Below are positions 18,383 to 27,851 of a DNA stretch of 64,000 nucleotides, in pieces; position 1 is the stretch's first letter; the number at the start of each line of letters is the position of its first letter. The position numbers were made by a program, and so were the translations under genes. Origin of the DNA: Myxococcota bacterium (GTDB taxonomy: Bacteria > Myxococcota_A > SURF-8 > G963663525). The stretch spans positions 153,514 through 217,513 of the forward strand of contig CAXXVK010000060.1 in NCBI GenBank assembly GCA_963676915.2. Direction: 5' to 3'. The notes under the pieces were generated by a model that saw nothing but the letters and a program-made list of their open reading frames with translations, was not told where the DNA came from and ran no database searches.

Positions 18383-19408
18383 TCATTCATCGAGCTTTTC
18401 GGCCATCTCCCGAGCATCGTCGATCAGGCGGTCCAGTTTCGTCGAATCCAGGTGCAATGCCTTGGCGGAGGCTTCGACCATTTTCGGCATCGTGTAGTCG
18501 ATGATGGTCACGCTTTTCTGCTCTTTGTCGTCCAGAATCCCGGCTTCGATTTCGTTGGCGATCCATTCGGCCAGACAGGCGGTCGCCATAGCGGGAGTTA
18601 CGGTCTGATCCGGCTTGAATTTGTGATGGTATTCAATCGCTTCCCGAATGTTTTCAGGGAGTTTCCACAATCGGGCCAGAATTCCCCCGGTTTCTTCATG
18701 CAAATCGTTGATCGCGGGCCAGAGCAGATCGAGGCTGAATCTGGCCTCGGGGGTTTTGCCTTCTCCAAGTGCGATCAACAACCCGGCCATACCGATATCG
18801 TGCATCAAGCCGATCAAAAACGCCTGGCCTTCCATCAACCCGGTACGAGAACCGATCAACTTGGCGACGCGGGCCGTCGCTACACTGTGACGACGCAGAA
18901 AATCCATCTGCTCGGAAAACCGTTCGACACGAAACACCCGCATGTCCATCGCCACCTGCCAGACGATATCCCGGATGGTAGCCAGTCCCAGACGAACGAT
19001 GGCGTGCTCCAGGGAAATCATTTTGCTTTGTCCACCGTAGAACGGGGAATTGACGATTTGCAGCACGCGACCCGTCAAAACGGGGTCCATTTCGAGAACT
19101 TCGCCGATTTTGGCGAAGGTGATGTTCGTTTGCCCTGTGAGTTCGTGGACTTCCATGGCGATACGAGGAAGCACGGGAGGCTTGTAATCGGGGGATTTGA
19201 ACAGGGAAAGCAGCGTTTTCCTTAACGTTTTTCCCGCTTCCGATGCGTCGAGATCTTCGGACGATACCTGCCAGCGAGTCCGATCGATCGTGCTCTTTTT
19301 TTCGATACGACCCAAAGCATCTTTGGCTTGCCGTTTCGGTGATGTTTTGCCGGAATTTCGAGAAGGGGCTGCGTCTTTTTTCTTTGTTTTTCGCCGACCG
19401 AGAAACAT
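18383..19408 (-). CDS. HDOD domain protein
   Basis: Internal Met at 19408, because the longer ORF overlaps the upstream gene. VLQIVNSPFYGG....ISLEHAIVRLGLATIRDIV and GLMHDIGM are typical HDOD blocks. Confidence 0.8.
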   Translation of the reverse strand: MFLGRRKTKKKDAAPSRNSGKTSPKRQAKDALGRIEKKSTIDRTRWQVSSEDLDASEAGKTLRKTLLSLFKSPDYKPPVLPRIAMEVHELTGQTNITFAKIGEVLEMDPVLTGRVLQIVNSPFYGGQSKMISLEHAIVRLGLATIRDIVWQVAMDMRVFRVERFSEQMDFLRRHSVATARVAKLIGSRTGLMEGQAFLIGLMHDIGMAGLLIALGEGKTPEARFSLDLLWPAINDLHEETGGILARLWKLPENIREAIEYHHKFKPDQTVTPAMATACLAEWIANEIEAGILDDKEQKSVTIIDYTMPKMVEASAKALHLDSTKLDRLIDDAREMAEKLDE

Positions 19409-19503
19409 GGAAGCTCCGTTTCCTGAATGTCCATTCCTAGTATTTGATCGGCAGGTTTTGACGCAACAAAAGGGATTTTTTACGAAAAACGGAGAATGTT
19501 TCG

Positions 19504-20466
19504 TCAGTTTTTCGCTTTTCCGACAAGCTGTTGCAAACGTTCGAGCCGGGCTGGCTCCGACCGGGAAAACCACTCCATCGCCGATAGCAACTCGTATGCC
19601 TCGGCGGCGGATCGGGAGGCGAGTTCCGTTTGTCCTTTGGCGGCATACAGTTCGGCCAACTCTTCGTAAACAAAGCCGTCTTTTTCTCCGGCGGCATTCA
19701 TTTCCCGTTCCAAAGCCTGCTGCATGTCCAAAGCCTCTTCGGCCTGTCCCATGGCTCGTAACGTACGAGCTACGCACCATGTCGCGATCCGAATTTCTTT
19801 GGGTACTCCTGCGTTTTGCCGAAATTCCAGCGCGTCACGGAACATCGCCAACGCTTCGGAATACTCTCCCCGATCGAAGTACGTCCAGCCGAGGTTGTTG
19901 GTCAGGCTGCCTTTCCATTTTCGGGCTTTGGCGGAAGAACTACGCTCGACCATATCCAACGCCAGCCGGTTCCATTCCAGCGCGGTGTTCGGCTCGGCGA
20001 CGATAGCAAGCATGTGGGCGGCATCGATGGCGTAAAACTCCTCTTTAAGTCCAAGCGCCAACCGAAAAGCCGCCAGAAACAGGGGACGCGCACGGGTTTT
20101 GTCGCCTGCGGAGTTGAAACAGCGTCCTCGTTCCAACTGCAAACGGATCAGCGCAACACTTGGAGCATCGCCGATCAGCGCCTTTGCTTCGTCGAGACGG
20201 GTGTGGGCTTTATCGAATTGCGATCTCAGACTATGAGTCCGGGCGATCTGCGTGAGAAGTTCGGCGCGACGCAGTGGTTTCGTTTCGGCGGGGAAGCGGG
20301 ACAGAAACTCGGTAAAGACACGTTCGGTATCTTCCGGGTGGTCGTAATCCCACAACCGGTCGAAATCTTCGGTCGACTCAACCGGTTTTTCAGGTTGTGG
20401 CTGAGGAGCCACTCCAGCGCAACCTACGAAAAAGACAACGAAAATGACAAGTAGTAAAGTACGCAT
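19504..20466 (-). CDS. TPR-repeat lipoprotein
   Basis: Signal peptide MRTLLLVIFVVFFVGCAG with a lipobox, then TPR-like helical repeats. Confidence 0.7.
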   Translation of the reverse strand: MRTLLLVIFVVFFVGCAGVAPQPQPEKPVESTEDFDRLWDYDHPEDTERVFTEFLSRFPAETKPLRRAELLTQIARTHSLRSQFDKAHTRLDEAKALIGDAPSVALIRLQLERGRCFNSAGDKTRARPLFLAAFRLALGLKEEFYAIDAAHMLAIVAEPNTALEWNRLALDMVERSSSAKARKWKGSLTNNLGWTYFDRGEYSEALAMFRDALEFRQNAGVPKEIRIATWCVARTLRAMGQAEEALDMQQALEREMNAAGEKDGFVYEELAELYAAKGQTELASRSAAEAYELLSAMEWFSRSEPARLERLQQLVGKAKN

Positions 20467-21022
20467 CGCTTCCCTTTTTCCTTGCTCCACATCGTGTGGA
20501 TCACTCCCGATCATGACGAATCAGAGAATATCGATTTACACCGTGATCTTGACTTATAACATACTGTAATTCTGTGTAAATGAGACGTAAAACAACGGGA
20601 AGGTGCATCAAAAAAGAGAGCACTAGACCCAATGATGATGAAGTTCTCATTCTTTCCTTTGGGTTGTCGCGGCGAGGCGGTAACCCACTAAAAAAAAGGG
20701 ATTGGCACGTAGGAAAGCGTCTTTCCATAGGCGGTGAATTTTTGTCTCGTCGCTACGGAATAAAGCAAGAATTTCTACAGCCACTATATTTTACGATGTG
20801 TCTGCTAGTATTTTTACTATAATATATTATTTGTAAACTTGTGCCGAAAATGGTACACTTTGACTGTTTTTGTATCGAAAAATGACGGCTGTGCCTGCTT
20901 TCCAGTACAGTGATTTTTGTTTTTGTTTGGCAATCAGGCCGGGTTACAGTATTCTCGGTTCTTGTTTCGGTTCGGACCAAACGAAGAAAACTTGCCCGAT
21001 GTATGGGTCATAAAGGAAACGA

Positions 21023-22030
21023 ATGATGGACGATCTGCCGCAGACCGGCGAAGCGGAACGCTCCGAAGCTCCACAGCCTTCGGCTCCACCTCCCCCGCCT
21101 CCGTCACCGCCACGGCAATATTACGTGCCGTACCAGCCGCCGCCCAAGAAAAAGGGGGGATCGTTCTGGACGGTGCTGCTCGGCGTCATCGTGGGTGGCG
21201 TTATCATTATGCTGATCGGTGAATATTTCGACGATTTCGACGACTCCATCGGAGACGGCGACGTGCGTATCGGTGTGGTGAACCTTCTGGGTGCGATCGA
21301 AGACACTACGGTCGTGGTCGAAGACTTGCAGAATTTCGCCGAAAACAAAAACATCGACGGTATCGTGCTGCGGATCGATTCCCCCGGCGGCAGCGTCGGC
21401 GCATCCCAGGAAGTCTACCGGCAGGTCGAACTTGTCAAAAAGAGCAAACCGGTCGTGGTGTCGATGGGTAGCCTCGCGGCATCGGGTGGCTATTACTCGG
21501 CGGCGTCGGCAAGCATGATCGTGGCCAACCCCGGAACCCTGACCGGCTCCATCGGCGTGATCGTATCTTCGACGTACATGCGGGAGTTGATGGAGTTTCT
21601 CAAAATGGACCCGGTGGTTTACAAGTCCGGGAAACACAAGGATATTCTGTCTCCCTTCCGTCGCGCCACCGAAGAAGATGAAGCGTTGATCCAGAAGGTG
21701 ATCGAAGACATCTACACCCAGTTCGTGGACGACATCGCCAAGGGGCGGAATATTCCTGCTGAAGAGATCAAAAAAATCGCGGATGGGCGGTTTTTCACCG
21801 CCAAAGAAGCCATTACGTACAAACTGGTGGATAAAACCGGCAACTTGATCGACGCCGCCAAAGAGACTGCAGTTCTTGCCGGATTCATGCCGGATGCCGA
21901 CATCGAGCTGGTGTATCCCAAGGAAGACAAGTTCAAAACCTTTGAAAAGTTTTTGGAAGGAGCTACGCGAGCGGTCATCCGAGCCGCTTCCGACTCCTCG
22001 ACCAAGATCGAATATCGTATGAATCACTAA
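21023..22030 (+). CDS. sppA: Signal peptide peptidase SppA (36K type)
   Basis: Pro-rich N-terminus and a TM helix. GIVLRIDSPGGSV, SMGSLAASGGYY and KSGKHKD motifs. Confidence 0.88.
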   Translation: MMDDLPQTGEAERSEAPQPSAPPPPPPSPPRQYYVPYQPPPKKKGGSFWTVLLGVIVGGVIIMLIGEYFDDFDDSIGDGDVRIGVVNLLGAIEDTTVVVEDLQNFAENKNIDGIVLRIDSPGGSVGASQEVYRQVELVKKSKPVVVSMGSLAASGGYYSAASASMIVANPGTLTGSIGVIVSSTYMRELMEFLKMDPVVYKSGKHKDILSPFRRATEEDEALIQKVIEDIYTQFVDDIAKGRNIPAEEIKKIADGRFFTAKEAITYKLVDKTGNLIDAAKETAVLAGFMPDADIELVYPKEDKFKTFEKFLEGATRAVIRAASDSSTKIEYRMNH

Positions 22031-22044
22031 ACTCGGGGCATGGA

Positions 22045-22401
22045 ATGAATATTGCCAAATCGCTTCTCCTGGTTGCCGTCGCCGTAAGTTTCACCGCGGC
22101 CGCCATTTTGTTTGTAGCGCTCAATCGCGATCCGGTACAACTTGAGTTTCTCATCCTCGAAAGCGTTCCGCTGCCCATGGGAGCGGTGGTGCTGATTGCC
22201 CTCGCCTTGGGTATTGTCATTGGTTTGGGAACCTCGGCCTGGTTCTGGTTCTCCCATCGCATTCGTCTTTCGGCTGAACGACGCCGAAACAAGGTTCTGC
22301 AAAAGGAATTGGACGACCTGCGCGCTCTGCCGTTTTCCGGCAAAGACGACGGACCGGAACAAAACCGAACCGTCGAAGACGACCAGAACGCGGGGAACTG
22401 A
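22045..22401 (+). CDS. lapA: LapA-like (DUF1049) inner-membrane protein
   Basis: Two TM helices followed by a basic coiled segment. It lies immediately upstream of a LapB-like gene (3-nt gap). Confidence 0.6.
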   Translation: MNIAKSLLLVAVAVSFTAAAILFVALNRDPVQLEFLILESVPLPMGAVVLIALALGIVIGLGTSAWFWFSHRIRLSAERRRNKVLQKELDDLRALPFSGKDDGPEQNRTVEDDQNAGN

Positions 22402-22404
22402 GAT

Positions 22405-23529
22405 ATGGAAACGGCTTTCCAAGGGATGGTTCCCCTGTTTATTGCGTTCGCCGCCGGTATCGTTGTGACGTGGTTTGCGGCGACGATTCTGCGCAAATAC
22501 CGATTGCACCACCCGACATCCGAGCAAAAGCTTCTTCGTCGCAGACATCTAACCGCCGCCGAACACCTGATTCGCGAGGAATGGGAAGAGGCTCGAAGAA
22601 TTTTGACCGAACTGGCGGTCAAAGACAGCGATGCGGTACAGACCTATCGCATATTGGGGTTCGTGCTTCGAAAACTCGGGTTGCATACACGATCCAACCG
22701 GGTGTATCGCAGCCTGATCCTTCGTCCCGATCAAAGCGACGTGGACGTCCCGCGTGTGTTCTACGAACTGGCGGTCAACCAATGGGAAACAAAGCGCAGC
22801 CGGGACGCGCTGGAGTCCATTCGGAAAGCCGTGCGATTTCGACCCCGCTGGGCTATGGCGAGAAAAACACTGACATCCTGGCTGATGCGCCTGGATCGAT
22901 GGGAAGACGCCGCCCTGGAACGCGAACAATACGAAAAATCCGAGCCGAAAGCCCACAAAACCGAACCGGAAATTTTGGGCCGGATCTACGCTCAACATGC
23001 CTTACAGGCCGCTCGTTCCGGCGATACCGACAAAGCCCGTTTCGCGCTTAGGCGCGCCAAAGCCGAGCTGGGCGACCATCCCCAGGTTTTCCACGCCAAG
23101 GCCGTTTTGGCTGTGGCGACAGGCAATCTCGATACCGCCATCGAAGCATTTCGCGAAGCGCTGGAGTTGTCGATCGATTGCGCCCCGATCGTGGGTTGGG
23201 AGTGGTTCGACGAAGGTGTAAAACACGAAAAGAAACTGCCGTTCCACAAATGGCTGTTGCGTCGCCGAGACGCCGGAGACGAGCGATGGACCCACCTGCT
23301 GGAGGTCCGTTGGCTGCTCGAAGACGGTCAGGAAGAAGCCGCGCAAGACCTGTTGAAGAATCATCTGGTTCGTTACCGACACGATCCCCACGCCTGGAAT
23401 CTCGCCCAAGAGCTGTCATTGAACCCGGAGCGTCCGCGACCCCAATGGAAATGCCGCCACTGCGGGGCGAAGTCGTCGAACCCGTCGTGGTTCTGTCCTG
23501 AATGCCAGCGTTGGGATTGCCACTTCTAA
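22405..23529 (+). CDS. lapB: LapB/YciM-like TPR protein with a C-terminal rubredoxin-type zinc finger
   Basis: N-terminal TM helix, TPR repeats, and a C-terminal WKCRHCGAKSSNPSWFCPECQRWDC. Confidence 0.75.
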   Translation: METAFQGMVPLFIAFAAGIVVTWFAATILRKYRLHHPTSEQKLLRRRHLTAAEHLIREEWEEARRILTELAVKDSDAVQTYRILGFVLRKLGLHTRSNRVYRSLILRPDQSDVDVPRVFYELAVNQWETKRSRDALESIRKAVRFRPRWAMARKTLTSWLMRLDRWEDAALEREQYEKSEPKAHKTEPEILGRIYAQHALQAARSGDTDKARFALRRAKAELGDHPQVFHAKAVLAVATGNLDTAIEAFREALELSIDCAPIVGWEWFDEGVKHEKKLPFHKWLLRRRDAGDERWTHLLEVRWLLEDGQEEAAQDLLKNHLVRYRHDPHAWNLAQELSLNPERPRPQWKCRHCGAKSSNPSWFCPECQRWDCHF

Positions 23530-23563
23530 GTTCAAAAAACCTGAATTTTCAACGATATACAAG

Positions 23564-23584
23564 GTCGGGTGCTCTGCACCCGAC
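23564..23584 (+). repeat. REP-family hairpin (GTCGGGTGC-TCT-GCACCCGAC) just after lapB
   Basis: 9-bp perfect stem. It shares the GTCGGG...CCCGAC(AT) core with the hairpins at 29733, 29831, 30339, 30375 and 45008. Confidence 0.6.
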
Positions 23585-23641
23585 ATCAGACAATTGACAA
23601 ACCCCATCTTTTCCGGCGGTTTTTATTTTTTCCGAGGTCAA

Positions 23642-23824
23642 TTAGCCCGCATACTTCATGAGGATCGTTGCGAGACGCCGAAAACCGAAGAACTTTCATG
23701 AAGTTGGAGTGATTTTTTAACGGAAGCATACTTGACAGTATGTTGAGTATAAAAAATCGGGAAACGAATGAAAGATCAAGAGTTTTCAAGTCGTAGTAGA
23801 TTCTTCATGAATTATGCGGGTTAG
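23642..23824. mobile_element. MITE copy 1 (175-bp core 23646-23820 flanked by a TTAG direct repeat)
   Basis: Terminal inverted repeats CCCGCATACTTCATGA / TCATGAATTATGCGGG. Only about 7-8 differences from copy 2 over 175 nt. TTAG is present on both sides. Confidence 0.8.
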
Positions 23825-24082
23825 GCTCCGATGCCGACGGGAGCGAATTTTCCAATCGAAAGGCGAAAACCGATCCGATGTCGGTCCCTTGCGCAACAAA
23901 GGATCGCCACCATCTCCCAGCCATTTCACCTCCAAAAATTCGTACCTGAACAGTCCCTTTTTACCGAAAGTCGTTGCGTTCGAGGGTGGGAGTGATTACC
24001 TTACTTTTGGTTTTCGGAATCGGTCCCGTGTGAAAAAGGGAGGATTCCTAATCCAGTAACAATTTGAATTCTATTAAGAATT

Positions 24083-26290
24083 TTGAGAATGGGGCGGAAA
24101 ATACCGATGACGGACGTGACGACGAGTATTCAACGGCAGCTACAGGATGAATTCGACCGGTGCGAGCTACACCGCGACATCAAGCCCGAGCCTTATAAGG
24201 ATGGCGAACGGCTTCGCCTCGACCTGACCGGTATTCATCCGCAGGTTCCTGGCCATGCGGATGTGGAAATAGAAAAATTTATCGGTGGAGGATTCGCCGG
24301 ACAGGTCTACAAAGTCCGTCTGAACGCTATCGACGGCGAAGACGGTGCAATGATCGACGGCTTGGAGTTGGGACGATCGTATGCCATGAAGATCCTGATT
24401 CCCCCGACGGGATTTTCGGTACTGTTCCGAGACGCCATTTACAAAACCGCCTACCAAAGCGATTTTGCCGCCCAGGTCAATCCCGATGCTATGCGGGCGG
24501 GTAGTTTGTGGCAGCTTTTCATTCGCCGCGCTGCTTCTTTGGAATTCGGTTCCGAAAAATGCGTCGTTCAGCCGTTCGCCCATTTTTACGACGCTCGTCT
24601 GCACGCCTATGGAGAGATCAGCGAGTGGGTAGAAGGTCGAACCTGGCATTACGAAATCGACGAAAACCTGTTCGAGCGCTGGACGGGTGATGTCGAATCC
24701 CTGGATGCGGACTCCAGTCCGGAATATTCCGAGAAAAAGCGTTTCATGAAACGTTTTGTGGCGATGCTGCATCGCATGGGCGCGCCCGAATTCGCCCGCC
24801 AATACGAATGGTGGAGCATGAAAAGCCAGCCCAACGTGCTCAAGCGCCTCAATGACGAGGACTACGACGGCCTGACCGCCATCGATTTCCGCGCCGGGTT
24901 GGCGCTGCTGTTTTTCCTGCCGATGAGTCCGGTAGACGTGAAACTGATCCGCGACGGGTTTCGGCGGGGACATTGGGTGCAGTTCGACCGGGGGAACCTG
25001 TCCCAACTGCGGTATTACGTCGAAAGCCACCGGGAGTTCTTCGAGGATCTGCTGCCCGTGCTCGACGAATTGGAAACCACCGACCGGGCATATCGGGAAT
25101 CTCAGATCGATCTTACCCATCACGGACTGAAAGCCCTGACAAATTCCCGGCTTCGCGGCTCGATCCGGCAGGGAAAAATTCAGGCGTGGCGAGCCAAAGG
25201 ACAACTGGACGAGGACCGCGCCGAGACGCTCGAACGTTCGCCTTGGCTGTTTTCGTTGCTGTTTTTGCTTTCTCTGATTCCTTTGGTCGGCAAAGTCATC
25301 CGTAAAAGCTGGGGTAATGCACGGTATCGTAAACACTTGAAACAACTAACTGTTTCTCCTGGGTATCTCTGGCGAGCGATGCGGGCGAGTCGTATCGAAA
25401 CCTTGATGAAATGGCAGAAAAGCGGCCGACGCAACGACGAAGCCCTGCTGCGGCTGGTTCATCGGCCCGTAGCGTTCTGGGCACAACGGATACCTTTCGG
25501 ACTGCTGCCTGCCTCGTGGCATCGTTCGATCATGGAGCCTTCGTATCTGTTGGGAAAAATCCGCGATTCCATCTCGTATTCCTGGCAGTTTTACAAAAAC
25601 AGCGAGTTTCGCGAGCGCTGGCTGTTGGGAGAGTTGGAGGAGGGCCGCCGCCAGGGAATGTTGAACGAGGAGGATTTCCAGGAAATCGCCGGGCGGATCA
25701 AGGACCAGTTCATTCAAAAATACCTGAAAAGCGTGGCGATTCACTTGATGACCCTGCCCGTGACGCAGGTTGTGGCGCTGGTGATTGCCATCTACGCCTA
25801 CTTCGCTTTCGCCGATACCTGGGAGGAAGGCATCGCGTATGCCACCGGTGTGATGGTGATTTTCCAGGTGCTTCCCTTCAGTCCGGGATCGCTAACCCGT
25901 GGATTTTACGTGGTTTATCTGATAATCTCGGAGCGGGATTTCAAAAACTACAAAGTCGCCTGCTTCGTAAGTTTCTGGCACTACATCGGTTATTTGGGCT
26001 TTCCGCTGCAAATGGTGGCGCATTATCCGAAGCTGGCCCGTTTCATGGGCGGGCGCTGGGCCACGAAAATGGTGCACGTCGTGCCGGTGTTCGGCGAACG
26101 CGGCGGCCTGCTGGAGCACTTTATCTTCGACCTGTTTTTCAACATGCCGATATCGTTACGGAAAAGCTACCGCAAGCAACCGCTGAAAACCGTGCTGGGT
26201 GTTTTGGCGGTACTCGTGCTTCTCGTGCTTTTCCTTGTCGCGCTGTATTATCTGGCGGCCTTTGTCTTCGGCTGGTTGTTCGGTAACTAA
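24083..26290 (+). CDS. ABC1/UbiB-like atypical kinase-fold protein fused to a multi-pass membrane domain
   Basis: G-loop-like IGGGFAGQVYKV, Lys in YAMKIL, hinge-like ISEWVEG, ..PNVL...AIDF. The C-terminal half carries several TM helices. The start is uncertain (TTG 24083, ATG 24089 or ATG 24107). Confidence 0.6.
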   Translation: MRMGRKIPMTDVTTSIQRQLQDEFDRCELHRDIKPEPYKDGERLRLDLTGIHPQVPGHADVEIEKFIGGGFAGQVYKVRLNAIDGEDGAMIDGLELGRSYAMKILIPPTGFSVLFRDAIYKTAYQSDFAAQVNPDAMRAGSLWQLFIRRAASLEFGSEKCVVQPFAHFYDARLHAYGEISEWVEGRTWHYEIDENLFERWTGDVESLDADSSPEYSEKKRFMKRFVAMLHRMGAPEFARQYEWWSMKSQPNVLKRLNDEDYDGLTAIDFRAGLALLFFLPMSPVDVKLIRDGFRRGHWVQFDRGNLSQLRYYVESHREFFEDLLPVLDELETTDRAYRESQIDLTHHGLKALTNSRLRGSIRQGKIQAWRAKGQLDEDRAETLERSPWLFSLLFLLSLIPLVGKVIRKSWGNARYRKHLKQLTVSPGYLWRAMRASRIETLMKWQKSGRRNDEALLRLVHRPVAFWAQRIPFGLLPASWHRSIMEPSYLLGKIRDSISYSWQFYKNSEFRERWLLGELEEGRRQGMLNEEDFQEIAGRIKDQFIQKYLKSVAIHLMTLPVTQVVALVIAIYAYFAFADTWEEGIAYATGVMVIFQVLPFSPGSLTRGFYVVYLIISERDFKNYKVACFVSFWHYIGYLGFPLQMVAHYPKLARFMGGRWATKMVHVVPVFGERGGLLEHFIFDLFFNMPISLRKSYRKQPLKTVLGVLAVLVLLVLFLVALYYLAAFVFGWLFGN

Positions 26291-26325
26291 CCCGGTTAGT
26301 TCAGGCCAAAATCAATGACCGAAAT

Positions 26326-27411
26326 TTAAAATTCTCCGCGAAGCATGGCTTGGAATTCCGGGATGGGTTGCAGACTGCGCAGGTCGGGATCTTTGCGCAT
26401 CATGTCGGTTTCCACGAAACCGTTCATCAGGGCGATTTTCAGATAGCGCATGGCCAGATCGCTTTTGTCCTGAAGGGCATAGATGCACCCGATATTGTAG
26501 TAGGCATCCTGATAGTTCGGGTCGCAGACCAGCGCTTTTTTGTAGGCTTCCAACGCTTCGTCGTACATGTTGCGGGCGTAATAGGTGATTCCGACACCGT
26601 TGGTGGCGAAGGGGTCGCAAGGGCTTTCTTTCAATGCCGCCTGGAATTTCGCCCGAGCCTGCTCGAATTTTCCCGCACCCAATAGACCTTTGCCCTCATT
26701 TTTGTATTGGAGGGCTTTGTCGGTCAGTTTCAGCGCCGCCATCGGGTCGTAGGTGCCCGGTTCGGGGCGTGGTCCGTGCAGGACTTTCTTTTTGTGCTCG
26801 TACTTCCCTTTCAAATCCCCGAGAGCCTCCAGGTTTTCCGGCTCTTCGACACTGGGTTCGGCGAGTTCGTCGGTTTCCGGCAGCGGTTCCTGCGGTGTAT
26901 TGGAAGGGATGGATTTGGAGGAAGAAACAGCGGATTTTGCGGGTTTAGCAGACTTTTTTGCAGCGGCGCGTTTCCAGTACAGCCCGTTTTTTCCGGTCAA
27001 TCCCTGGATCGTGCAGCCTTTGGCATTGACGTTGACCGACCCGGACAGCACCTTGCCGGAACCATCCAGCAGCAACACACCGAATCCCCAGATTTCGCTA
27101 GAGCATCCGGGAGCATCCAGGCGGATTTTACCGGAAAGGCTGTCTTCCATCATCACGCCTTCCAGAATCAGGTCGCCGGATTTCAGGGTGACGCCTTCCG
27201 CCGGAAGAGCGAGTTTCCCCACGATTTTACCCGAAACGGCCGAAACCCGAATATCGCCCAGCAAACCGGACCAGTTGCCAGTGACATCGGATTGTGCAAA
27301 CAGGGTGGCGGGTAGCAGTAGCATCGGAAACAGAACCACCGAAATCGCAAGAAACCGTAGAAAAGAACGTTTGGAGGCTGAAATGTCATAACCTATCGGA
27401 TTTTTCATCAT
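26326..27411 (-). CDS. Secreted TPR-repeat protein
   Basis: Signal peptide ending in LFAQS, and C-terminal TPR repeats (YYNIGCIYALQ..., GVGITYYARNMYDEALEAYKKAL). Confidence 0.7.
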   Translation of the reverse strand: MMKNPIGYDISASKRSFLRFLAISVVLFPMLLLPATLFAQSDVTGNWSGLLGDIRVSAVSGKIVGKLALPAEGVTLKSGDLILEGVMMEDSLSGKIRLDAPGCSSEIWGFGVLLLDGSGKVLSGSVNVNAKGCTIQGLTGKNGLYWKRAAAKKSAKPAKSAVSSSKSIPSNTPQEPLPETDELAEPSVEEPENLEALGDLKGKYEHKKKVLHGPRPEPGTYDPMAALKLTDKALQYKNEGKGLLGAGKFEQARAKFQAALKESPCDPFATNGVGITYYARNMYDEALEAYKKALVCDPNYQDAYYNIGCIYALQDKSDLAMRYLKIALMNGFVETDMMRKDPDLRSLQPIPEFQAMLRGEF

Positions 27412-27521
27412 TTTTTGCCTTTTCCCCGTAAGTTTTCTTGACTTAATTTTATAAAATTATGTAAAGTTAATACATGTTGAAATGGAAAACGGTTCGTATA
27501 CTGTAACGCAGAGGATGTGCT

Positions 27522-27827
27522 TTGTCGAATCCGCGACCGAAAAAAATCCTGTTGGATGTAGCAGGACAAAAGCTCAAGGTCATGACGGATCTGGAGGAAT
27601 CCTACGTGCAGCGAATCGCCGCTTACCTGGACCGCCGGATCGGCGCGGTACAGAAGTCGGGGAATGTGGGGATTTCTCAAAAGACGATCCTATTGGCGGC
27701 GTTGGATCTCGCCGAAGAGGTGATCAGTCTGAACCACCAGTTGAACGAATTGCGTTTTCGAAACGATTCCAATAAAAAGAGTGATTCCGATCCATTGACA
27801 GTTTCGGATAAGTTAGGGTATGAATAA
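27522..27827 (+). CDS. zapA: Cell division protein ZapA
   Basis: TTG start, 101 aa. The pattern KILLDVAGQKLKVMTD..E.YV..IAAYLD.RI....ILLAALDLAEE and a coiled-coil tail are typical of ZapA. Confidence 0.7.
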   Translation: MSNPRPKKILLDVAGQKLKVMTDLEESYVQRIAAYLDRRIGAVQKSGNVGISQKTILLAALDLAEEVISLNHQLNELRFRNDSNKKSDSDPLTVSDKLGYE

Positions 27828-27851
27828 GAGTTGCGATTTTTTCGCACGTTT

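Noticed and set aside
20703-20718. The sigma-54-like motif TGGCACGTAGGAAAGC in the sppA upstream region.
   Set aside because: The GC of the -12 element lies one nucleotide too far from the GG. Sigma-54 promoters tolerate essentially no spacing change, and the -12 context (AAGC) is also poor.
23814-24059. An 81-aa plus-strand ORF between MITE copy 1 and the 24083 gene.
   Set aside because: Its start codon lies inside the MITE terminal repeat, it has no RBS, and the composition is not protein-like. The region is more plausibly a structured 5' leader. I saw local hairpins but could not assign any riboswitch class.
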